IMG/VR virus record: IMGVR_UViG_3300034418_007243
Span: 45,875-109,874 of that record
DNA from: a virus
Strand: one strand, 5' to 3'
DNA length: 64,000 nucleotides
In this document: piece by piece, positions 57,700 through 64,000 of the stretch
Layout: the number at the start of each line of letters is the position of its first letter
Numbering within the stretch: position 1 is the stretch's first letter
The notes under the pieces: generated by a model
What the model was told of the DNA's origin: nothing
The model's database searches: none
What the model saw: the letters and a program-made list of their open reading frames with translations, nothing else
Translations under genes and position numbers: made by a program

Positions 57700-58072
57700 C
57701 TAATTTTCCTATATCATTTAGCGTTTCAATAACTAAAGATAATTCTTCCTTAGAACAATCTGCAAATGATTTAGCATATCCTTCTGATGACCACAAATCT
57801 CCACGTACAAGCCCTGATTTTTGCTTTACTGTTAGTTTCATATCTTCAAAGGTATATCCTATCTCAGAAGCTAATTTTCTAATGCATGCGTGTATCTTAG
57901 CTAGCTGAGCTTTTGTACCATCTCCTGCATTAGCTTCTAGAAATATTTCAATTACTTGACCTTCAGATAAAGCATCTACAAATTCTTTATATTGTATCTT
58001 ATCAAAAGCTGTTACATGTGTTAGTTTACCATTAACTTTTTTTAGTTTGATGGTAGTGATGTTATCTTTCAT
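57683..58072 (-). CDS. NinB/Orf-like recombination-associated protein
   Basis: TKAQLAKIHACIRKLASEIGY..EDMK...SFADCSKEELSLVIE. Confidence 0.5.
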   Translation of the reverse strand: MKDNITTIKLKKVNGKLTHVTAFDKIQYKEFVDALSEGQVIEIFLEANAGDGTKAQLAKIHACIRKLASEIGYTFEDMKLTVKQKSGLVRGDLWSSEGYAKSFADCSKEELSLVIETLNDIGKLVNLSF

Positions 58073-58307
58073 TTATTTGATATCCTTTTCTAATTTTTTT
58101 ATAAACTTGATTCTGCAATAAATGCATAGCATCACTATAATCTAAAGGTATTTTGTTGCCTCTATATTTAGATTTATGTCCATATATTCTACCGTAAGTA
58201 AATATTACATCATATTTCTTTTCTTGATCTTGACTTTCTACTACTTCTGCTTGATACATTTTATATGCTGTACCTTCTGTATTAGTTAAATATACACTGG
58301 GACCCAT
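58062..58307 (-). CDS. WGR-domain-like protein
   Basis: YL...KMY...V..TYGRIYG...A...KKIRKGY pattern. Confidence 0.6.
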   Translation of the reverse strand: MGPSVYLTNTEGTAYKMYQAEVVESQDQEKKYDVIFTYGRIYGHKSKYRGNKIPLDYSDAMHLLQNQVYKKIRKGYQINER

Positions 58308-58310
58308 AAT

Positions 58311-58658
58311 TTATTGTTTATTGTGGTAAATACATAACAGTTGTGACTTATCATTTTTAACCATCACAACTTCATTCTTCTTATCTACAAACATTTCAAA
58401 ACCTTTTTCAGTTCTGAAGTATGTGTATCTGTTAGTTTCTTTTTCCTTAGATAGAATTGCGTATTTAAAATACATAACAGGATCTGTTTCTGTTTTTACA
58501 TAAACGCTATCTTCTGTAAATTTAAAACTAGTTCTATCAGGATTAGTTTTCTTTACACCTGTAGTTAAATTCTCATAATCATAACTTTCATAGTTATAAG
58601 TTTGAGAAAAACAACTTACAGAGGCTGTTAAAATTGTTATAAATGCTATTGCTTTCAT
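58311..58658 (-). CDS. Exported beta-rich protein
   Basis: Signal peptide MKAIAFITILTASVSCFS/Q (Gln at +1, typical of Bacteroidota). Confidence 0.6.
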   Translation of the reverse strand: MKAIAFITILTASVSCFSQTYNYESYDYENLTTGVKKTNPDRTSFKFTEDSVYVKTETDPVMYFKYAILSKEKETNRYTYFRTEKGFEMFVDKKNEVVMVKNDKSQLLCIYHNKQ

Positions 58659-58660
58659 AA

Positions 58661-59056
58661 TTAAAATGGTTCTGAGCCGGGAGTCAAATCAAATTCAGAT
58701 AACATATCCAACCCGTTGTTTTCTAATTTTTGTATAAGTTCAGTAAATTCTTCTGTTTCAATTGTAATGTTTGGTTCAAATCCAGGAACCCATTCTATAG
58801 TGGTAGTCTTATCTTTTTCATACATAGTTTCTACCATTATACTTTCAAAAAACTTATTCTTTTCTTCTTTATCTGTGACTTTAATGATTTTTCCAAACTG
58901 ATCTCTCTTCCAATAAAAAGTATGTCTAAAGTTACATTCTTTATTAAAGCATATTAGATCAGCTTCATGTTTATCATTCATAAAAGTAACGCTCAACATA
59001 TCTTCATTACATTGACGACATTTGTTTACGCTTTTTACAACTATTAAATCTTTCAT
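58661..59056 (-). CDS. Zn-ribbon hypothetical protein
   Basis: CRQC...CFNKEC. Confidence 0.55.
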   Translation of the reverse strand: MKDLIVVKSVNKCRQCNEDMLSVTFMNDKHEADLICFNKECNFRHTFYWKRDQFGKIIKVTDKEEKNKFFESIMVETMYEKDKTTTIEWVPGFEPNITIETEEFTELIQKLENNGLDMLSEFDLTPGSEPF

Positions 59057-59066
59057 TGTTTTAGTT

Positions 59067-59309
59067 TTAAAATGGTAAATCTAACATTACTTGAGCTATG
59101 TGATTATCATCTACCTTATACTTGGTCATAAGATCTATCATATCTCCATTACTCATACCTGTAAAGATACTGCATTCATTTAATATAATGTCATCATCTT
59201 CATCTTCTGGATTATTATCAAACACTTGGAAAAAATATCCTGATGCATGATCAAATCCATAGGCTATTGTATAATCTTTTTCTTCTAACTGTTTAGTATA
59301 TCTACTCAT
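59067..59309 (-). CDS. Hypothetical protein
   Basis: Probable start MSRYTK at 59309; YGFDHASGYFFQVF; ends DLPF. Confidence 0.65.
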   Translation of the reverse strand: MSRYTKQLEEKDYTIAYGFDHASGYFFQVFDNNPEDEDDDIILNECSIFTGMSNGDMIDLMTKYKVDDNHIAQVMLDLPF

Positions 59310-59314
59310 AATTT

Positions 59315-59470
59315 TTAATTTAAACGTCTGCCCCAAAAATATCCAAGAGCACAAGTTAATATGGCAAGCAAAGCAGGTGCATGTTTTGCCATTATACCAA
59401 TCATAATTAATAAGATAATAACTAAAGATAAAGCTGTTAGAATATCTAATAATTTATTTATATCAATCAT
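59315..59470 (-). CDS. Small two-TM membrane protein (51 aa, not in the ORF track)
   Basis: MIDINKLLDILTALSLVIILLIMIGIMAKHAPALLAILTCALGYFWGRRLN*. Confidence 0.65.
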   Translation of the reverse strand: MIDINKLLDILTALSLVIILLIMIGIMAKHAPALLAILTCALGYFWGRRLN

Positions 59471-59542
59471 ATTTATCTTTTTTTATTATATTTAAATTGA
59501 CAATTTATTTTTTATCTAGGGTTTCGGGATAAGAGCTACTGG

Positions 59543-59785
59543 TCAGGTAGCTCTTTTTTTAGCTTCTTTTAACTCATCAAGTAAACCAAGATTATAAGTA
59601 TAATTTCTATCAAATGTTTCTTGATCATGTGTATAACCGAACTGTTCTTCAAAATGATTTATAAGATTTTGTTTAGCCTCAATAGCAGTGTCAAGGTTTT
59701 TAAATAGAGTAGACTCTATATTAGCGGCCATAGCTCTGCCATCAGACCTTCCGTCCATGTAATTTAAATCTTTGGAGTAATGCAT
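59543..59785 (-). CDS. Hypothetical protein
   Basis: 80-aa ORF in the operon. Confidence 0.6.
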   Translation of the reverse strand: MHYSKDLNYMDGRSDGRAMAANIESTLFKNLDTAIEAKQNLINHFEEQFGYTHDQETFDRNYTYNLGLLDELKEAKKRAT

Positions 59786-59786
59786 A

Positions 59787-60149
59787 TTAATTTTGTCTAT
59801 AGTAATCTATATCATCATCTGACATATGATTCAGGTCAACTTCTAAATTCTTGTCAATATTCTCATACCCTTCTGGATTAAGTTCAGGGTCTGTTGACAT
59901 GTTTGTTATTAACTGATTCTTTTCTGCAGCTTCTTTTCTTAAATTAGAATGAAACTCTTCTTCAGATTCTGACCTATAATAGATTAAAGCCTCTCCTTTT
60001 GGAGTCCAGCTGTTATCACAATGATTAACTGTTACAACAAGTACAGGTTCTCCATCATTCTCAGTAACGTTACCTATATGTGTACTTATCATTATTCTTT
60101 GATAAACATCTTCAATGTTTGTCTTAATTTTTAAACTTGTTAAAGCCAT
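59787..60149 (-). CDS. Hypothetical protein
   Basis: 120-aa ORF in the operon. Confidence 0.6.
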   Translation of the reverse strand: MALTSLKIKTNIEDVYQRIMISTHIGNVTENDGEPVLVVTVNHCDNSWTPKGEALIYYRSESEEEFHSNLRKEAAEKNQLITNMSTDPELNPEGYENIDKNLEVDLNHMSDDDIDYYRQN

Positions 60150-61288
60150 GATTTAGTATTTTGATATATGGGTTCTACCCATTTTATTTTAGATTGATCA
60201 AGGTGTTTTGTAGCATCCTTAACCCATTTTTTATCTATGCTATTTTCATAACAAAGGATGTGTATATCTGCTTTATCATCAGGATTTAATCTAAGCAGTC
60301 TACCAATCTTCTGAGAAGCTTTTCTATTATTCCCGTAAGAATGCAGTATGATGCCGCATTTTAATCCTGGTATAGTTACACCTTCACTAAGTTGTTCAAC
60401 AGCACTTAATTTATTTATTATACCTTCTTTAAAATCATTTAGATTTTCTTTAGATTTTTTGTTTTTAGAATGTACACTGTGTCTACAAATAGCATCAGCT
60501 TGCTGTTGAGTGCTTGCAAATGCTATAGTCTTTTCTTTAGAATGATATAGCAAATGTTTTGCGTACTCTACTTTTAAAGGAAATTTTTGTAACAATTTCA
60601 TCCTTTGTATTGTAGCTATTTGTTTTGCTTTAGGTGTAACAGCTCCATCAACTCTACTGCACCAATAGTTGTAATCACTTATTTCTGATGTATAAAATGT
60701 ACGTGATCCATCTCTGGTTAATTTTGGTATTGTTTTTTCATTACTCAACATTAGCTTATGAACATATATCTGATAATCATTTAAGATTTTATCTTCAACA
60801 GCTTCATCAGTTTCATATTCATAAACAATAGGACAAAACCTGTTACACATTTTACCTTTCTCAGAAGTTTTATATACAGGATAAGTACCAGTAAGACCAA
60901 TGATTTTACCACCTCTACTTTCAAACTCACTAAGCCAAGGTTTATAGTTTTCTTTTAAACTATGACACTCATCTAAATATACAATATCATAATGAAAATC
61001 TTGTTTCAGTAATGATACATAAGTTGTAAAGTTTATATGGTCTAATAAATATTCATAATTCCATTGCTCAGCATCATCTGTCCATGAATCAAATATCTTA
61101 ACTCTAGGGGCTACTACTAAATATCTACATGTATCTGTATAATTTTTAGCCATATGCTTTAAACCAAGCAATGTTTTACCAACTCCCATTGATATTTGAA
61201 CTCCTGCGTTATACTTGTTACCTATTGCGTTTAATGCTTCATTTTGTATTTCATTTTTAGTTTTCATAACTCTTTCATTATGTGACAT
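60140..61288 (-). CDS. Superfamily 2 (DExH) helicase
   Basis: SMGVGKT, VVAP, LDECH, GLTGT, LSEGV, QKIGRLLR. Confidence 0.9.
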   Translation of the reverse strand: MSHNERVMKTKNEIQNEALNAIGNKYNAGVQISMGVGKTLLGLKHMAKNYTDTCRYLVVAPRVKIFDSWTDDAEQWNYEYLLDHINFTTYVSLLKQDFHYDIVYLDECHSLKENYKPWLSEFESRGGKIIGLTGTYPVYKTSEKGKMCNRFCPIVYEYETDEAVEDKILNDYQIYVHKLMLSNEKTIPKLTRDGSRTFYTSEISDYNYWCSRVDGAVTPKAKQIATIQRMKLLQKFPLKVEYAKHLLYHSKEKTIAFASTQQQADAICRHSVHSKNKKSKENLNDFKEGIINKLSAVEQLSEGVTIPGLKCGIILHSYGNNRKASQKIGRLLRLNPDDKADIHILCYENSIDKKWVKDATKHLDQSKIKWVEPIYQNTKSWL

Positions 61289-61362
61289 TCTGGTTGCTCA
61301 TCTCCAGGATCACTTATTATTGTAAACTTCATTTATTTAAATATTATATATTATAAAGATAA

Positions 61363-61779
61363 TTAATTTATTCTAGATATGCTAAATCCTTTTTCTTTAG
61401 ATTCAATTGGATGTTCTTCTATCCACATATGACACTGTCTACATACAGGTAACCAAGTGCTTTCATCTAAAAAATTCTTACCAACTCTTCCTGCCTTATG
61501 ATGCACATCTGTGGCAAATACAGTACAGACTCTCAATAATTTAGCTTTACAAAGAGTCTTAGAGTTTAAAAAAATTTTTCTCTTTAAGGCATATATAGTT
61601 TCTTCTTTACTTTTTTTAACGGAGCGGGCAGCAATAGGTTTATAAGTTTTTTTACTGGCAGTCTTTGTCATGGCCTGTTGGTTCATTGAACAAAACTTAC
61701 AATACTTCTTGCCTTTTATATTTTTCCAAATATATTTTTCTTGCCCGCACCCGTTACATATTTTAGTTTTTGCTTTCAT
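61363..61779 (-). CDS. Zn-finger plus HNH-like endonuclease
   Basis: CNGC...CKFC; C...C...TDVHHKAGR...WLPVCRQCH...HP. Confidence 0.75.
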   Translation of the reverse strand: MKAKTKICNGCGQEKYIWKNIKGKKYCKFCSMNQQAMTKTASKKTYKPIAARSVKKSKEETIYALKRKIFLNSKTLCKAKLLRVCTVFATDVHHKAGRVGKNFLDESTWLPVCRQCHMWIEEHPIESKEKGFSISRIN

Positions 61780-62245
61780 TCAAGCTAAAATAATTTTTTG
61801 GTAATATTCCTTCTTGAAATAATTTAAGAATAACATCTGCTTTTTTCAAACCTAACTCTTTAAAAGTTAATGTTGAAATAAAGTTTTTATCTGTGTACTC
61901 ACATTCTTTTATATTTTTGCTTATAGGGCTATTATAAAAGATTTTTTCAAAGAAGTTTGACGTATATTTATTTACGAGTTCTTGCTTCCAAATGTTAATA
62001 ACTTCTTGTGCTCTCTTATGTACTTTCATAATTCTTTTCTTCTTATGCCAGTGCATAGTTTGAAGTTCTTTTTTATCATACATTTTTAATCCAAAGAGAG
62101 CTTTCTTATACAAGAAATTTTGATAAGAAGATAGTTGATCACTATCTATTAACTGATAGTGTTTCTTGTAATAAGAACTAAGTTCTTGGAAGTTGTGGAA
62201 TATGCCATCATATATTATTGACTGTGTGTTTTGACTTGCTTTCAT
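61763..62245 (-). CDS. Hypothetical basic protein
   Basis: 160-aa ORF. Confidence 0.6.
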   Translation of the reverse strand: MKASQNTQSIIYDGIFHNFQELSSYYKKHYQLIDSDQLSSYQNFLYKKALFGLKMYDKKELQTMHWHKKKRIMKVHKRAQEVINIWKQELVNKYTSNFFEKIFYNSPISKNIKECEYTDKNFISTLTFKELGLKKADVILKLFQEGILPKNYFSLNESKN

Positions 62246-62274
62246 TTTTCTATTTTTATTTGATTAAAAATTGT

Positions 62275-62302
62275 ATAAAGGGAGCTGTTACACTCCCTTT
62301 AT
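62275..62302 (-). terminator. Hairpin, probable terminator
   Basis: ataaagggag/ctccctttat stem in an intergenic gap. Confidence 0.65.
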
Positions 62303-62323
62303 CTATACAATAATTAGTAATTT

Positions 62324-62806
62324 TTACAGCAGATCTAAATCATCTCCTGCATATGAAGACATTACTTGTTCTTCATCTTCTTTTAAGGCAGCATAAGCAG
62401 CAATGATGTCATCACCATTAGTATGTTCTACTTTAATATCAGTAGCTTTCATATTTAAGGTGTAAAAATTTCTACGGTAAATAGGCATGCCATCTTGACA
62501 GCATACTACACCGCTTCTACCTGCTACTTTGTAATCACGTTCTGGAAATTTCTTGTTAAAAGGTTCTAATGAATCTTTTACAATGATTTGTCCATCTACT
62601 TCTTGGTCTTTAGTCCAGCCAAAACATTTAAGATCTTCAACTGTGCCTGGAATAAGAGCAGAAAGTTTGCGTTTACGTGCAAAACCTGAGTCATCAATTA
62701 TCATTTTGATTTGCTCAACTCTGATGTGTCCGTAATCTGGATTCTTTGGACTTCTGACAATTACATTACCTGCTTCATCAGCAGTAACTTTTACTTTTGA
62801 ATTCAT
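62324..62806 (-). CDS. Hypothetical protein (beta-rich, acidic tail)
   Basis: 160-aa ORF flanked by hairpins. Confidence 0.65.
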   Translation of the reverse strand: MNSKVKVTADEAGNVIVRSPKNPDYGHIRVEQIKMIIDDSGFARKRKLSALIPGTVEDLKCFGWTKDQEVDGQIIVKDSLEPFNKKFPERDYKVAGRSGVVCCQDGMPIYRRNFYTLNMKATDIKVEHTNGDDIIAAYAALKEDEEQVMSSYAGDDLDLL

Positions 62807-62842
62807 AACTTTGATTTATAAAATTGATTTGAAAAATGCACC

Positions 62843-62885
62843 AAAAAAAAAATAAAAAAAACAGAAGTGGTGCTTTTCTTCTGTT
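62843..62885 (-). terminator. Intrinsic terminator with pseudoknot potential
   Basis: aacagaag/cttctgtt stem plus long A-run on +. Confidence 0.65.
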
Positions 62886-63123
62886 ATTCTAAATTATCTA
62901 GGTTGATAGGACCGCGTGTATCTGTTTCATCATCATCAGGTTTATAATCTAAATCATCTTCTATAGATTTAAATTTCTGCTTTCTCCCTGTGAAACTTGC
63001 ATTTGGTGACATATACTCACCATATCCGCTATTAGATAGCTGATGTAATTCTTCATCTGTAAGACTTAAGTATTCTTCAACAGATAAATATAAGACTTTA
63101 CCATTAGGCAACTGATAAAACAT
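62884..63123 (-). CDS. Hypothetical protein
   Basis: 79 aa, MFYQLPNGKVLYLSVEEYL. Confidence 0.65.
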   Translation of the reverse strand: MFYQLPNGKVLYLSVEEYLSLTDEELHQLSNSGYGEYMSPNASFTGRKQKFKSIEDDLDYKPDDDETDTRGPINLDNLE

Positions 63124-63144
63124 TTTTTACATACATGATAATTT

Positions 63145-63152
63145 CAAATATA
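63145..63152 (-). promoter_or_regulatory. Candidate TAnnTTTG -7 box
   Basis: caaatata on + (TATATTTG on -), 21 nt upstream of the ATG at 63123. Confidence 0.45.
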
Positions 63153-63222
63153 GCATATTTACTTTGTATCAACAATTATTAATATTTCTGCTATTTAAAT
63201 AATACGCACTATATAGCTACAA

Positions 63223-63471
63223 TTATTTAAGCGTAAATATTTTACCATTTTTTTGTATGTAATCTTTAGAATTTAATTCTTTTATTGCTCTTTCTGTGGT
63301 CCTTCTGCTTACGTTTAATAACTCTGATATATGTGTTATAGATGGAAAACAAGTTCTGTCTTTTCTTGCATATGTGCATAACAACGCATAAACAGCTTTG
63401 GCAGTTGTAGATAAAGACGGATCTTGGATAACATCTGCATCTACAATACCAAATCTTGTTTTCCTTTTCAT
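63223..63471 (-). CDS. Winged HTH DNA-binding protein (HTH_36-like)
   Basis: LSTTAKAVYALL...CFPSITHISELLNVSRRTTERAIKEL..KDYI. Confidence 0.85.
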   Translation of the reverse strand: MKRKTRFGIVDADVIQDPSLSTTAKAVYALLCTYARKDRTCFPSITHISELLNVSRRTTERAIKELNSKDYIQKNGKIFTLK

Positions 63472-63959
63472 TATACTATTTCTAAATTAACAGGATAATC
63501 TTCTACTAAACCTTTTATAGCTTTTTGAGAAATCTCAATAGTGTTTGTTTTTAAAGGATTATCATCAGTATAATATAAATAGTTATATGTTATGGTATAT
63601 TGTTCCGTATACTTGTTATATTCTTCTACAGTAGCTTTTACCATATCTTTGATGATTAGACCTTTTTCTTCCATTAGCTCTTTGGCTATGTTCCAGGTTT
63701 CAATATAGCTTGTACCAACGTATACCTCATCATTAGCCGTATACTGACCTTCTTCAGGGTATACTCCTAATGTAGCTAAGAAAAGCTTTTTTACATCAAG
63801 ATTTGATGCAGATATTAAAGATACAACAGCTTCTATTATTTCTGGATCATTGACTGTATTTTTGTTGATATTCTGCAGCCTGCTCTGTATCATAGATAAG
63901 GCAATTGTTTTATCTATGTTGAAATCTAATTCTATGCTTTTTTTGTTTTTTCTTTTCAT
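63471..63959 (-). CDS. Hypothetical protein
   Basis: 162-aa ORF coupled to the HTH gene. Confidence 0.6.
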   Translation of the reverse strand: MKRKNKKSIELDFNIDKTIALSMIQSRLQNINKNTVNDPEIIEAVVSLISASNLDVKKLFLATLGVYPEEGQYTANDEVYVGTSYIETWNIAKELMEEKGLIIKDMVKATVEEYNKYTEQYTITYNYLYYTDDNPLKTNTIEISQKAIKGLVEDYPVNLEIV

Positions 63960-64000
63960 GATTTGAATTTACTCTGTGTAATCTAGATTTAGTTAGGAAG

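Noticed and set aside
38173-62735. Short plus-strand ORFs nested in minus-strand genes (38173, 38559, 38824, 39174, 40630, 52212, 58716, 58730, 62553)
   Set aside because: Antisense to better-supported genes and without motifs.
1-64000. Stop-codon reassignment (TAG/TGA), known in some crAss-like phages
   Set aside because: The standard code yields intact ORFs up to 4198 aa with dense tiling, and TAG and TGA both appear as apparent real stops.

Overview
AT-rich window from a large tailed phage of the crAss-like type (Crassvirales-related, similar to Cellulophaga phage phi14:2). The host is probably a member of Bacteroidota, since there are TAnnTTTG -7 boxes and no evident Shine-Dalgarno sites. 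It uses the standard genetic code. Two gene blocks converge at a terminator near 36.2 kb. The + strand block (1-36182) has seven very large putative virion or ejected proteins: a multi-domain peptidoglycan hydrolase, two low-complexity proteins punctuated by xxGG motifs, a membrane-hairpin protein, and three giants of 1696, 4198 and 1966 aa. The 4198-aa protein is a virion RNA polymerase (RIP...GADFDIDK) fused to a zincin and to C-terminal macro-like, unknown and AlkB modules. The - strand block (36267-63959) carries early and replication genes: PolB, primase, DnaB, Sak4-like ATPase, putative SSB, PD-(D/E)XK nuclease, UDG, SF2 helicase, HNH, MoxR-vWA, a GH73 lysin, MazG-like, a spore-photoproduct-lyase-like radical SAM enzyme and a minimal kinase. 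Five observations stand out. (1) The three giant proteins appear to contain only four cysteines, all at the termini that face each other, which suggests a head-to-tail linked ejection chain. (2) The accessory domains on the RNAP are bounded by a repeated DNA linker. (3) An array of small gene cassettes shares a 19-nt junction repeat. (4) One of those cassettes is a tRNA-like structured RNA. (5) The phage encodes an SPL homolog. All functional calls rest on motif recognition by eye; no searches were run.
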